Assembly (NCBI GenBank): GCA_043798995.1
Contig: JAZDOD010000004.1
Location: 47,860 to 111,859, forward strand
DNA: 64,000 nucleotides
Source: a bacterium
GTDB taxonomy: Bacteria; Patescibacteriota; Patescibacteriia; JAACEG01; JAGUWE01
Direction of reading: 5' to 3'
Part shown: positions 1 through 9,869 of the stretch, one piece after another
Layout of the letters: each line of letters starts with the position of its first letter
How positions within the stretch are numbered: the first letter of the stretch is position 1
The notes under the pieces: generated by a model
What the model saw: only the letters and a program-made list of their open reading frames with translations
The model's database searches: none
What the model was told of the DNA's origin: nothing
Made by a program: the position numbers and the translations under genes

Positions 1-43
1 TAACAATTACAACCGATTAATAAATAATTAATTTTAAAATTTT

Positions 44-295
44 ATGGCAAAAGAATTAGCCACTTTCCCTGAAAAAGAAGAAATTTCAACCGAAGAAAAA
101 GAACAAATTTTGATGACTGCCCAGAGTCTTTATGAAGAATATCTGGAAAAAATTAACCAAGAAAAAATGACTGCTGATGAGGCGATGGACGACGTTGAAC
201 GAAAGTCTGAATCCGGAAAAATCAGCGATGAAATAAAAGAGGAGGTTATAAAAAAACTGATGATTTTAGCTGATCAAGAAAAATTAGCTGCTTAA
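44..295 (+). CDS. hypothetical acidic helical protein
   Basis: 83-aa ORF with ATG start, Glu/Lys-rich, followed by a terminator-like hairpin. Confidence 0.6.
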   Translation: MAKELATFPEKEEISTEEKEQILMTAQSLYEEYLEKINQEKMTADEAMDDVERKSESGKISDEIKEEVIKKLMILADQEKLAA

Positions 296-311
296 ATTCT
301 GTCTTTGACCT

Positions 312-346
312 AACCCCTGTCTTAAAAAGCGGGGGTTTATTTTTTA
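312..346 (+). terminator. probable intrinsic terminator
   Basis: AACCCC(TG)...(CG)GGGGTT imperfect stem followed by a T-run. Confidence 0.5.
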
Positions 347-376
347 AAAAAATAATGAAAATAATTTACCGACTAT

Positions 377-1624
377 ATGAACTCCAATCTGTATTTAGTT
401 GCTAACTCAATCCGTGAGTTAAAAAGGGCGGCTCATTATGCAGATATTAAAAAGGAGCTGTTGAATCTCTTAGAAAGCCCTAATCGGATTATTGAGGTTA
501 ATTTTCCAGTTGAGATGGATGATGGCGAAACTCGGATTTTTAAGGGCTGGCGCGTCCAGCACAACAATTTACGCGGCCCTTACAAGGGCGGTATTCGTTA
601 TCATCCCAATGTTAATCTGGATGAAATTTCCGCTTTGGCTTTATGGATGACGGTTAAATGCGCGGTAGTTGGTATTCCTTTTGGCGGCAGCAAAGGCGGA
701 GTGATTGTTAATCCCAAAGCTCTGTCCGAAAAAGAATTGGAAAGATTAACGCGCGGCTACACCAAAGCCATTTCCCCGGTTATCGGACCCTATTTAGATA
801 TTCCGGCGCCCGATGTCTATACCAATGCCAAAATTATGGACTGGCTGCGAGATGAATATGCTAAAATAACTGGCACTGATCAGCCGGCCGTGGTCACCGG
901 CAAATCACCGAAGCTAAACGGCTGTGTCTGTCGCGAAGCGGCTACGGCCCAAGGCGGAATCTATATTTTGCGCCAGGTAGCTAAAAAGCTCGGCCTTGAG
1001 CCGGAAAAAACCACTGTCGCAATCCAGGGTTTTGGCAATGCCGGCCTGAATATGGCGCGTTTTGTCGCTGAAGACGGTTTTAAACTGGCAGGGCTTTCCG
1101 ATTCAACCAGCGGTTATCTACTTGATGAAAGCTGCGAACTGGCTGATTTAATTAAATATAAAGAAAAAAATAAAAGTTTAATCGGCTGCCCCGGAGTTAA
1201 AACGATCACCCATCATCAGCTTTTAGAATTACCTGTTGATGTCCTGATCCCGGCGGCTTTAGAAAATCAAATTACCAAAACCAATGCCCCTGATATTAAA
1301 GCTAAAATCGTTCTGGAATTAGCCAATGGCCCGACCTCACCCGAAGCTGATGAAATTCTTTCTAAAAATAACGTTTTGGTCGTGCCTGATATTTTGGCCA
1401 ATGCCGGTGGCGTAACCGTTAGTTATTTTGAATGGCGCCATAATTTAGGACAAGGGGTTTGCGATGTACAACGTGAAATGGGCGAGCTTGATAAAATTAT
1501 GAGCGAGGCTTTTGACCGAGTTTATGAAATCAAAGAAAAACATCAAATTGATATGCGCTTAGCCGCTTATATTCTGGCTCTCCAGCGCCTTAACGAAGCT
1601 TATATAAAAATACCCAGTGTTTAA
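377..1624 (+). CDS. gdhA: Glu/Leu/Phe/Val dehydrogenase (glutamate dehydrogenase)
   Basis: GPYKGGIRYHP, GGSKGG, DIPAPDV, QGFGNAG Rossmann motif, PDILANAGGVTVSYFEW. Confidence 0.93.
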   Translation: MNSNLYLVANSIRELKRAAHYADIKKELLNLLESPNRIIEVNFPVEMDDGETRIFKGWRVQHNNLRGPYKGGIRYHPNVNLDEISALALWMTVKCAVVGIPFGGSKGGVIVNPKALSEKELERLTRGYTKAISPVIGPYLDIPAPDVYTNAKIMDWLRDEYAKITGTDQPAVVTGKSPKLNGCVCREAATAQGGIYILRQVAKKLGLEPEKTTVAIQGFGNAGLNMARFVAEDGFKLAGLSDSTSGYLLDESCELADLIKYKEKNKSLIGCPGVKTITHHQLLELPVDVLIPAALENQITKTNAPDIKAKIVLELANGPTSPEADEILSKNNVLVVPDILANAGGVTVSYFEWRHNLGQGVCDVQREMGELDKIMSEAFDRVYEIKEKHQIDMRLAAYILALQRLNEAYIKIPSV

Positions 1625-1707
1625 TAAACACTGTTTGTTAAAATATTCAAGCCGATGGCATTTTTGTTCGCACCTTAAATTTAATTTTTTTTAAAAAGGA
1701 GGAGGAA

Positions 1708-1899
1708 ATGGCAAAAGAAACTGCCGAAGAATTTATTGCTCGATTAAAAACTTTGCCTGATCTGGATTTAACCGATCCAAAAACAGTTGGGGATTTTGCT
1801 GCAAGATTTGAAGAAACAACTAGACCAGAAATTGAGAAGCAAAGCAAATTGGATGCCGAGAATATTGGCAGAGCTTTCGTTTACGTAGTTTATTGCTAA
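1708..1899 (+). CDS. small hypothetical protein
   Basis: 63-aa ORF preceded by strong SD AAGGAGGAGG and followed by a hairpin. Confidence 0.65.
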   Translation: MAKETAEEFIARLKTLPDLDLTDPKTVGDFAARFEETTRPEIEKQSKLDAENIGRAFVYVVYC

Positions 1900-1903
1900 A
1901 AAA

Positions 1904-1936
1904 ATAAGGTCGAGAAAACTTCTCGACTTTTTATTT
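1904..1936 (+). terminator. intrinsic terminator
   Basis: GTCGAGAA-aac-TTCTCGAC stem followed by a T-run. Confidence 0.6.
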
Positions 1937-1974
1937 AGAAATCGACTTATGAATAAATATTCCGAAAAGGAAAT

Positions 1975-2003
1975 GAAAAATCCCCGATTAAGGGGATTTT
2001 TCA
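1975..2003. terminator. bidirectional terminator-like hairpin
   Basis: GAAAAATCCCC-gattaa-GGGGATTTTTC downstream of the RRM gene. Confidence 0.65.
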
Positions 2004-2016
2004 ATCGATGTTTCGC

Positions 2017-2319
2017 TTAGTAGCGACTGCCGCCGCGACTGCCGCCAAATCCGCCTTGTCGGGGGCGAGACTCCAGCGGGCGAGCTTCATTCACGGTAAT
2101 TGTTCTTCCGTCAAGCTCTTTGCCGTTAAGCATCTCAATCGCTTTCTGAGCTTCTTCGTCGGATGTCATTTCAACGAAACCGAATCCCTTTGAACGACCG
2201 GACATTTTGTCAATAATGATAGTTACTGATTCAACTGCTCCGGCCTGAGAAAATGTTTCTTTCAAAGTATTCTCGTTGGTGTTGTATGACAATCCACCTA
2301 CATATAATTTTTTTGCCAT
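2017..2319 (-). CDS. RRM (RNP-1) RNA-binding protein
   Basis: RNP2 LYVGGL, RNP1 KGFGFVEM, Gly/Arg-rich tail. Confidence 0.93.
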   Translation of the reverse strand: MAKKLYVGGLSYNTNENTLKETFSQAGAVESVTIIIDKMSGRSKGFGFVEMTSDEEAQKAIEMLNGKELDGRTITVNEARPLESRPRQGGFGGSRGGSRY

Positions 2320-2433
2320 AGTATTCTCCTTACATAAAATTAATTAAACGTAAGCCGACCTCTCTTATTTTATCTCTCTGGCTCACATAGGTTATATGCA
2401 AGGAAAGGTAAACAAGAAACTTACTTCTTAATC

Positions 2434-2462
2434 ATATTAGCATGTTATTTATAAAAAGTCAA
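2434..2462 (-). promoter_or_regulatory. sigma70-type promoter for the RRM gene
   Basis: minus strand TTGACT-17 bp-TAATAT with extended -10 TG. Confidence 0.55.
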
Positions 2463-2521
2463 TATTTTGTCTGTTTTTGCGCGAATTGTAAAATTTACCA
2501 CGCCGCAAAATTTTCCGCCAA

Positions 2522-2827
2522 CTACAGGGTTTGAGTTTTAAATAATTTTCGCAGCTCTGTTTTTGCCTGCTCCAAAATTCGCTTTCGCGCCGGTTTTAAA
2601 TTTTTGCCGGCACGATTGATATAAAAATTAAGCATTGACATGGCTGATTGAAAAGGTGCTGCTTTGCGCTGCCGGCTTGCTTCGGCTGATCTCTTAAGTG
2701 ACGCCGCGATTTTTTTGGGCTCATTCCAGGTAAAAACGCTTTCTTCCAAATCCAAGGCAAAACTATGTTTGGTTACGCAACCGGACCAATTTCTGATTTT
2801 AGGTTTTTCTTTTTTTACTTTTTTCAT
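2522..2827 (-). CDS. DUF3175-family protein
   Basis: ALDLE..VF, IAASLKRSAEAS.RKA.PFQSAMSMLNFYINRAGKNL. Confidence 0.8.
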   Translation of the reverse strand: MKKVKKEKPKIRNWSGCVTKHSFALDLEESVFTWNEPKKIAASLKRSAEASRQRKAAPFQSAMSMLNFYINRAGKNLKPARKRILEQAKTELRKLFKTQTL

Positions 2828-2830
2828 TTA

Positions 2831-4531
2831 TTACTTCATAAATAAACTGGTTAAAGTTTGAAAATCAAGCCATTGGCCTAATTCTTCTTTTTGTTTAACA
2901 TAGCCGCGCAAGTCAATCTCCTGTCCCTTGTGTATGCCAAGATGAAGATGTTTTCTCTCGCCATCAGTTTCTGGGCTTTCTCCCCGGCCTAAAAATGAAA
3001 TTATTTCTTTTTGTTTAACACTATTACCGAGACCGACTTTTGAATTTTCCAGCGAAATATGGCCGTAAATTACCGTCACCGGCTGGTTTTCTATCTGGCA
3101 CTGCTCAACCATCACGCCGCCATAGCCGGAAACAAAACCTTTTTTAATAATTTTTCCGTCGCAAATTGCCAAAACCGCGACTTCCTTATCTTTTTCATCT
3201 TCAAAAATCTCAAAATCAGTGCCGGTATGGTAGCCGGAAAATCTTTCCAGTTTGATTGGCGAATCATTGGGAGAAACTTTAATGCCAAAAGGTTTTTTAG
3301 TGATTCTTTTAAGTGCCTGGCTAAGTGGAAAATTAAGCGTTAGCTCGGGCGGCGCTTCTTTAGTTTTTTCTTTTATACTTTCTTTTTGGCTAAGCTGGGA
3401 AATAGCAGGAATGCTTGTTAAAGTAATCACCACAATTTCAGGTGTCGCGTCGGTGCGCATTGTCGGCCCCCAAGCGCCAACGCCGCTGGAAGTATAAATA
3501 GAATAATCGCCCAATTGGTTCAAACCGTAATCATAGCCGTGATAAACCAGATTGGTAATATAGCGGAAGGGAAAAATCTGGCCGCGATGAGTATGTCCGG
3601 AAAGTTGCAATTTAATGCCGGAGCGCCTAACTTCATCAACCTTGCTCGGCGAATGGTAAAGAAGAATTGATGGACCGCTGGCATTATAGCCGGGAATCTT
3701 TTTAATTATTTCTCCAACTTGCTTTTTAGTGAAGTCTTTAGGATAATTTAGGCCGATAATCTGCAGGCCTTCAACATCTACCATATCATCCTGAAAAATT
3801 TTTACCTTGGTTTTATTTAAAATATCATAAACCTTATCCACGCCAAAATAGGTCTCATGATTGCCGGTAACGAAATAAATGCCTTTGGGCGCCTCAATTG
3901 AATTAAGCGCCGGCACCACATAGTCAAAATCATCGCCCATGCCGTCAAACAAATCACCGGTAATAAACACGGCTGCCGGCTGCAAGTCGTTAATTTCCCG
4001 AGCCAATTTATCAAAAAAATCTTGCCGAAAAACATGCCCCAGATGAACGTCGGAGATTTGCACCACTTTCTGGCCCTGCCACTCGGGCGGTAAATTTTTA
4101 ATGCTGACTGTAATATTTTTCACTCGGATATTTTGCGCGTTAAATACTCCGTAAGCTGAATATAAAACAGCCAAAATTAAAGCCAATCCGCCAAGCCACC
4201 CAAGGCCTATCGGCCAAGCAATGAGCCGGCTAAAGCCATAGACAAGCCAGGCCACCGCAAAGAAAGTTACGATTGTGGTGACCAATCCCAGCCAAAGCCC
4301 GGAGGTAAAATATAAAAAACGCGAAAAAGCATTATCATAATAATGAGCCAGTATTGAAGTTAAAATAAAGCTCACTGGCAGGAAAAAAAGTAAAAGGGCC
4401 AAAGATAATTTTAGTTTGATTATTTCCAGGCGAAAAAATTTAACCAAAGAAAAATAAACAAAATAGTGCACCAAAAACAAAATTCCCAGCGCCAAAATTA
4501 TAAACAAACCGATTAATAAATTTTTAACCAT
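2831..4531 (-). CDS. membrane metallophosphoesterase fused to a C-terminal M23 peptidase-like domain
   Basis: N-terminal TM helices; SDVH, GDLFD, GNHE, SGHTH motifs; then YHTGTD, YGH and HLH M23 motifs. Confidence 0.8.
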   Translation of the reverse strand: MVKNLLIGLFIILALGILFLVHYFVYFSLVKFFRLEIIKLKLSLALLLFFLPVSFILTSILAHYYDNAFSRFLYFTSGLWLGLVTTIVTFFAVAWLVYGFSRLIAWPIGLGWLGGLALILAVLYSAYGVFNAQNIRVKNITVSIKNLPPEWQGQKVVQISDVHLGHVFRQDFFDKLAREINDLQPAAVFITGDLFDGMGDDFDYVVPALNSIEAPKGIYFVTGNHETYFGVDKVYDILNKTKVKIFQDDMVDVEGLQIIGLNYPKDFTKKQVGEIIKKIPGYNASGPSILLYHSPSKVDEVRRSGIKLQLSGHTHRGQIFPFRYITNLVYHGYDYGLNQLGDYSIYTSSGVGAWGPTMRTDATPEIVVITLTSIPAISQLSQKESIKEKTKEAPPELTLNFPLSQALKRITKKPFGIKVSPNDSPIKLERFSGYHTGTDFEIFEDEKDKEVAVLAICDGKIIKKGFVSGYGGVMVEQCQIENQPVTVIYGHISLENSKVGLGNSVKQKEIISFLGRGESPETDGERKHLHLGIHKGQEIDLRGYVKQKEELGQWLDFQTLTSLFMK

Positions 4532-4570
4532 AGATACTTTTTGAAATCAATATTCTTTCTTATTTCTCTT

Positions 4571-5221
4571 TTATATCTTTTTATGAAATATGTAAGAAGC
4601 CAGGGTAATCAAAGCTGCTACCAGAGAAAGAATAACTGCAAAAACCAAAAATTTTCCTTGTACCAAAATCTGGCTTAAATAAAGAGAAATGAAAGCAAAA
4701 GGAACCTCCGTTAAAAAAGTGGCAATCATATACTTTTTAAAATCATAACGAATTATTCCCAAGGTGTAGCCCGCAATTTCCGAAGGAATGGCGAAACGAA
4801 AAAGAAGAACCAGTTCGAATTGCGTTCGGGGTGAAATTTTGTTTTTATAATAATCGACTTTTTCAAAATTCAAAAAACGCCTGAATATTTTTTCGCCAGC
4901 GTATCCTCCCAAACCGTAGGCCAGCAAACCTCCCAAAACCCAACCGACTATCAAAAAGATAAAGGTGGGAAAATTTCCCCAAGCCGCCACAGCCGAAGGC
5001 ACAAGCGGCAAATTACTAAAAGGTGAAATAAGCACCGCGACTATTGCCGTAGCAATAAAAATCAGGGCACCTATTATCTTGTGAGCGACAAGAAAATCAC
5101 TAAGTAAGCTGACATATTTTAAAAATACGTTTTGAAGAGTTGAAAATATATATAAAAATAGCACCAACACTAAAGCCAGTATTAGAAACTTCAAACTGGT
5201 TTTATATATTGAAGGCTTCAT
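4571..5221 (-). CDS. VTT/TVP38/TMEM64 (DedA-like) membrane protein
   Basis: multi-TM; G..LAY.LG, LLFRFAIPSEIAGY.LG pattern. Confidence 0.75.
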   Translation of the reverse strand: MKPSIYKTSLKFLILALVLVLFLYIFSTLQNVFLKYVSLLSDFLVAHKIIGALIFIATAIVAVLISPFSNLPLVPSAVAAWGNFPTFIFLIVGWVLGGLLAYGLGGYAGEKIFRRFLNFEKVDYYKNKISPRTQFELVLLFRFAIPSEIAGYTLGIIRYDFKKYMIATFLTEVPFAFISLYLSQILVQGKFLVFAVILSLVAALITLASYIFHKKI

Positions 5222-5226
5222 AAATA

Positions 5227-5640
5227 TTATTTTTTATTTTTATCCGCCTTTGATTTATTTCTTCTTTTGACTTCGGCCTGGCGAACGCGCGCTTCGCTCA
5301 TGCCAAAGTGATGGGCAATTTCATGCCAGACAGTATTTTTTACTATTTCTTTAATGTCTTCCCCGTCGCGAGCCGCTTCTTCAATCGGTTTTTTAAAAAT
5401 AGTTATTTTGTCAGGCAGGACCGCCGTATAGTTAACACCCCGGGAGGCCTGCGGCACGCCTTCATACAGGCCGAAAAGGGTCCAATTTGAACGAATATTT
5501 AGTTTCTTTTTTTGCGCCGGCGTCGGTTCATCTTCAATAACGATGGCCACATTATTTAATTTTCGCAAAAATCTTTCCGGAATCGCTTTTATTCCCTTTG
5601 TCACAATTTTCTCAAATTCTGTCTGATTTAATTTTCGCAT
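5227..5640 (-). CDS. minimal zincin-like metallopeptidase
   Basis: LFGLYEGVP, PDKITIF, HEIAHHFG. Confidence 0.85.
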   Translation of the reverse strand: MRKLNQTEFEKIVTKGIKAIPERFLRKLNNVAIVIEDEPTPAQKKKLNIRSNWTLFGLYEGVPQASRGVNYTAVLPDKITIFKKPIEEAARDGEDIKEIVKNTVWHEIAHHFGMSEARVRQAEVKRRNKSKADKNKK

Positions 5641-5763
5641 AAATTATTTTAACTAATATTCCTTTTTTCCCCCCGCCAGTTAATTTTTTAGATTATATTA
5701 TTAATTCAATTATACATTCCCCGAAAAATAAAAACCAGCTCTCAATATTCCGCACGGACATAA

Positions 5764-5934
5764 TAAAGGGTATAAACCCCAGGGCAAGCCCTGGGCCCGC
5801 GACTCGCTCCGCTCGTCGCCTTCCGCAGCAAGCTACGGGGGTATTAAACCCTTTGATATCAGCGCTCGCCTCGCCTTGCCGTAGCCTTCGGCGAAGCACA
5901 GGTCGGAAATGATCCCGCCTTGGCGGGATCATTT
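5764..5934. repeat. cluster of REP/MITE-like palindromes
   Basis: AAAGGGT..AACCCC / GGGGT..AACCCTTT outer arms; CCCAGGGC-aa-GCCCTGGG; CCGCAGC-aa-GCTACGG; GAAATGATCCCGCC-tt-GGCGGGATCATTTC. Confidence 0.7.
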
Positions 5935-5966
5935 CTCTCGCTTGCTTGATAATAAAAAGCCGATTC

Positions 5967-6263
5967 TCATTGAGAACCGGCAAAGTTGAGTTCAAGTTGT
6001 TTTGTTTTACCCTTTTTTGATTTTTTGGGCCGGGGCTTATGGCTTTTTACTATTTTAGGATTTCCGATTGGGTTTACGGTTAATCCCTGGCCGTATTTTT
6101 TTGCCGCTATTTTTTTCGCAAAAGCCAGGGCCATGTTTGCCGCAGCTTGAGAAGAAAATGTTTCAAAAATCTTGTTGACATACAGCTGATCTGTTATCAA
6201 TACCTGATGTTTATCATAAACTTTAAACCTTTGGGTAACCTTGCGGTAATATTCTTCTTGCAC
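5967..6263 (-). CDS. hypothetical basic protein
   Basis: 98-aa ORF, GTG start after strong SD AAGGAGGG. Confidence 0.6.
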   Translation of the reverse strand: MQEEYYRKVTQRFKVYDKHQVLITDQLYVNKIFETFSSQAAANMALAFAKKIAAKKYGQGLTVNPIGNPKIVKSHKPRPKKSKKGKTKQLELNFAGSQ

Positions 6264-6363
6264 TATTCTCCCTCCTTTTTAAGGATTTTTATTTTTCAGC
6301 TTAGCTTATCTTAATTTTGGCGATTTGTCAATCATCTGCCAATTATGTTACGATAATATTGCT

Positions 6364-7401
6364 ATGCTCAAAGAATCTTATCTTTATCAAAAATTAGATA
6401 AAAAACAAGTTAAGTGCCGGACTTGCGCGCATCAATGCCTGATCACGCCGGGCCGGCGCGGAGTTTGCGGCGTGCGCTATAACGAGGCCGGTAAATTATA
6501 TCTTCTGACTTATGGCCAGGCCGTGGCCGAAAATTTTGATCCGATTGAAAAAAAGCCGTTTTTTCATTTTTTGCCCGGCAGTTTTTCCTTATCTATCGGC
6601 GCTTTGGGCTGTAATTTCCGCTGCGCTAACTGCCAGAATTGGGACATTTCCCAGGGCAGCAAGGGCGAGGTGACAATTGAGCAAATTAAAAAAGTTGGTT
6701 TTAAACTCCTGCCGGAAAAAATTGTTGAAGACGCTTTAAAATATAAAACGCCGAGTATTTCTTATACTTATACCGAGCCGACTATTTTTCTGGAGTATGC
6801 CTTGGACACTATGAAACTGGCCAAAAAAAAGGGGCTGAAAAATACTTGGGTTTCTAATGGCTATATGAGTCCGGAAACACTTGGGGAAATCGCGCCTTAT
6901 CTATCTGCCATTAATGTTGATTTAAAAGGCTTTACCGACGAGTTTTATCAAAAAAATTGCGGCGCGCGTCTCCAACCGGTTTTAGAGAATTTGAAACAAA
7001 TTAAAAAACTGGGTATCTGGCTGGAAGTGACGACTTTGATTATTCCAACTCTTTCTGATTCGGAAAAAATGTTTTCCCAAATTGCCCGGTTTATTAAAAA
7101 AGAACTGGACGCGGAAACTCCCTGGCATGTTTCGGCTTTTTCCGGCGCGATTTCCTGGAAACTTCAGCATTTGCCCGATACGCCGAGAGAAAAAATAAAA
7201 ACCGCTTATGAAATCGGCAAAAAAGCGGGTCTTAAATATGTTTATGCCGGCAATGTCTGGCAGGAAGATCTGGAAAGCACTTATTGCCCCAAGTGCGGAA
7301 AAATCGTAATCGAACGAATCGGCTACCAAATCAAACGGCTGGATAAAGAGGGAAAATGCCTAAAATGCGGAGAGAAAATTGACTTAATACTTAATTCCTA
7401 A
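6364..7401 (+). CDS. amrS: AmmeMemoRadiSam system radical SAM enzyme
   Basis: DPIEKKPFFHF, CNFRCANC radical SAM motif, YTYTEP, C-terminal CPKC/CLKC; start moved to ATG 6364. Confidence 0.9.
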   Translation: MLKESYLYQKLDKKQVKCRTCAHQCLITPGRRGVCGVRYNEAGKLYLLTYGQAVAENFDPIEKKPFFHFLPGSFSLSIGALGCNFRCANCQNWDISQGSKGEVTIEQIKKVGFKLLPEKIVEDALKYKTPSISYTYTEPTIFLEYALDTMKLAKKKGLKNTWVSNGYMSPETLGEIAPYLSAINVDLKGFTDEFYQKNCGARLQPVLENLKQIKKLGIWLEVTTLIIPTLSDSEKMFSQIARFIKKELDAETPWHVSAFSGAISWKLQHLPDTPREKIKTAYEIGKKAGLKYVYAGNVWQEDLESTYCPKCGKIVIERIGYQIKRLDKEGKCLKCGEKIDLILNS

Positions 7402-7652
7402 TTTCCCACAATCTCCACCAACTGCCATTTGTTATCATTTCTCGGTAAAACTCGAAAATTCGTTTTTTCGAGTTTTTTATTTTTATCAATTAGTTTTAAA
7501 TTATAAATTAAATTTTTTGGTGTGACTCGTTCTTGATGTTCAAGAATTTTGCCCAGCTCAATCACCACGGCTATAATTTCTTTGAATTTATTTTTTTTCG
7601 CTTCCTTTTTAATGATGGTATAAATTTCCTGGGCCAGCAATAAATCGTGCAT
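7398..7652 (-). CDS. hypA: HypA-like nickel metallochaperone (short, lacking Zn cysteines)
   Basis: N-terminus MHDLLLAQEI resembles the HypA MHE motif; lies directly after the hydrogenase large subunit. Confidence 0.65.
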   Translation of the reverse strand: MHDLLLAQEIYTIIKKEAKKNKFKEIIAVVIELGKILEHQERVTPKNLIYNLKLIDKNKKLEKTNFRVLPRNDNKWQLVEIVGN

Positions 7653-7656
7653 AAAT

Positions 7657-8931
7657 TTAATGCGTTGCGCAAGTAAGGCACGGATCATAAGCTCGAACTA
7701 ACATTTTAATTTTCCTTTCACGTTCTTTAACGGATAACTTAATTAAATCCGGCAGCCAAATTTTTAAATCGTTTTCCAAATTAGCCAAGTTCTGGGCTGT
7801 CGGGGTAATAATGTTACAATTTTTAATAACGCCCTTTCGATCAACCTCGTAAAAATAAAATAAGGTGCCGCGCGGCGCTTCAATAGCACTATAGCCAGAG
7901 CCGGCTTTGATTTTAAAGGACGGTTTTATGTGTTTAGTTAAATTTTTATTGGCTAAAAGTTTTTTAAGCAGAACTCTCGCCTCCTCAACTGACTGAACGA
8001 TTTCAATTGATTGGGCTAAAACATTATAAAAGGGATTATTTTGAGGGAATTTGATTTTTGTCTTTTTTAAAATTTCTTTGGCTTTGGGATTCAATTTACC
8101 TCGGTTGTTATTAAGCCGAGCTAAAGCACCGACTAGATAGGGGAAATTCTGAAAATAACTGCGCTTGGTCTGCTGGTTATAATCAACCTGAAATTCCTGA
8201 ATCTGTTTCATAAACTGGGCAGGGCTTATGAGTTGATTTTTTTTCTGACCAAGCCATTTCATCCGTCCGTCATAGCAAGCATAATCTTGAGTTGAAGTTA
8301 AACTGGCAAAATTGGTCGGTTTTTTAAGCGTCGGGTATTTTATTTTGGCAAAAATCAAAGCCAATTCTTTAGCCGCCGCCAAAACTTGGCTGCTTTTTTG
8401 GCAAAGCCCGTCAAGAGCTTCTTTTTTGGGGTAACGCAGAAATCCACCGACGGTCGGCGTCAAAGGATGAATGGAGCGGCCGCCGATAACTTCAATAATT
8501 TCATTGCCAAAATCGCGGATTAGCAAAGCTTTTTGGGCAAGCTTTGGATATTTTTTGATTAACTGCAAATCATCGGATTGGCCAAAAAAATCACCCAGAC
8601 AAAAGAAAAACAAATGCAAAGAGTGGCTGTTGAGCCATTGACCGGCCATCAAAAGTTTTCTTAAATCCTCATCGGTCTGGGAAATTTTTAGCCCCAAAGC
8701 CGCTTCCAGCGCTTTTAAGCTGGTCAAAGTGTGGACTACCGGACAAACGCCGCAAATACGAGCTGAAATCTGGGAGACCTCCAGAAAATTGCGGCCGCGC
8801 AAAATTCCCTCCAAAAGCCGGGCGCCTTCGCGGACAATCAGTTGTGCTTTTCTAACATCGCCCTTGAGAATTTCGCCCAGGAAACTGGCATGGCCCTCAA
8901 TTTTGGCAATATGTGCGATTTTTATTTTCAT
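7657..8931 (-). CDS. NiFe hydrogenase large (alpha) subunit, group 3b-like
   Basis: KIEGH, L1 RICGVCPVVH, EAPRG, L2 RAYDPCLTCATH. Confidence 0.92.
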   Translation of the reverse strand: MKIKIAHIAKIEGHASFLGEILKGDVRKAQLIVREGARLLEGILRGRNFLEVSQISARICGVCPVVHTLTSLKALEAALGLKISQTDEDLRKLLMAGQWLNSHSLHLFFFCLGDFFGQSDDLQLIKKYPKLAQKALLIRDFGNEIIEVIGGRSIHPLTPTVGGFLRYPKKEALDGLCQKSSQVLAAAKELALIFAKIKYPTLKKPTNFASLTSTQDYACYDGRMKWLGQKKNQLISPAQFMKQIQEFQVDYNQQTKRSYFQNFPYLVGALARLNNNRGKLNPKAKEILKKTKIKFPQNNPFYNVLAQSIEIVQSVEEARVLLKKLLANKNLTKHIKPSFKIKAGSGYSAIEAPRGTLFYFYEVDRKGVIKNCNIITPTAQNLANLENDLKIWLPDLIKLSVKERERKIKMLVRAYDPCLTCATH

Positions 8932-8944
8932 ATTATTTAGATTA

Positions 8945-9049
8945 TGTCATTGCGAGTCCCACCTTGATGGGACCGTGGCAATCTTATTATAACGCAAAAT
9001 GTAGAGATCCTCACGTCGTCCCGCTAATGCGGAACTCCTCAGGATGACA
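8945..9049. repeat. TGTCAT...ATGACA palindromic element
   Basis: TGTCATTGCGAG...CGTGGCAATCT and AGATCCTC...CTCAGGATGACA arms. Confidence 0.75.
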
Positions 9050-9058
9050 ACTTTGTTG

Positions 9059-9841
9059 TCACTTTTGAGTTCTGACTTTCTCTTCCAGCTGATCCTTTAC
9101 CCCGAATCTTTCTAAAATTTTATTTATTTCTCCCGGAGAAAATTTTTCGGATAAAATCTTTCTTAAATTCCGAGCGGCCATCGGCTCTTTGAGCGGTCCA
9201 CGGCAACCGTCGCAAGGATAGCCAGACGAAGGACAGGGCGCATTGCAACCGCCCAGCATAATCGGCCCCAAACAAGCTTCTCTGTGCTGAAGAAGGCAAA
9301 TATTCTGCCTCAATTGACACTCGTAGCAAACCGGCTGTTCGGGAATTTTGATATTTAATTTTTCTTGCTTGCCACTTGAAAGATAGGCGATAATTTTTTT
9401 GGTCAAGCTGAAAAATTCTTCTTTGTTAATAGGACAGCCCGGAATTTCCAGATCAACCGACACATAAGCCGAAACCGGCTTGATATCGGGATTGTTGATA
9501 AATTCAACGTTGCGATAAACATAGCGGATGGTTTCGTCTTTATTCAAACTGTTTTTTATTTCGGCAATGCCGCCCAGACAAGCGCAGGCGCCGATGGGAA
9601 TTAAAAATCTGGATTGGCTCCGGATTTTTTTGATATTTTCAATATTTTCTTTGGTAATCGGCGTGCCCTCAATAAAAGTTATGTCAAAGCTTTTATGCGC
9701 GGCTTGCTCCTGAACAAAAGAAAAATCGCCGATGATTAAATGGCCTGCCAATTTAAAAAACCGCTCGCCTAAATCCATAATGGCGACCTGACAGCCCTCG
9801 CAGCAGGTTAAAGAAACTATGGCAATGACTGGTTTTTTCAT
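9059..9841 (-). CDS. NiFe hydrogenase small (delta) subunit
   Basis: CCEGC, EG, GACACLGG, PGCP, VCYEC, CLGP, CPS..CDGC; alternative start at 9868. Confidence 0.9.
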   Translation of the reverse strand: MKKPVIAIVSLTCCEGCQVAIMDLGERFFKLAGHLIIGDFSFVQEQAAHKSFDITFIEGTPITKENIENIKKIRSQSRFLIPIGACACLGGIAEIKNSLNKDETIRYVYRNVEFINNPDIKPVSAYVSVDLEIPGCPINKEEFFSLTKKIIAYLSSGKQEKLNIKIPEQPVCYECQLRQNICLLQHREACLGPIMLGGCNAPCPSSGYPCDGCRGPLKEPMAARNLRKILSEKFSPGEINKILERFGVKDQLEEKVRTQK

Positions 9842-9869
9842 AAATGAAAAATTTCCATGAGAGCTCATT

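Noticed and set aside
5693-5995. 100-aa ORF on the minus strand
   Set aside because: It runs through the palindrome cluster and looks like translated GC hairpins, with no family motif.
7657-8931. Selenocysteine or stop-codon recoding in the hydrogenase
   Set aside because: Both CxxC motifs use Cys and the gene ends in TAA; TGA acts as a normal stop elsewhere.
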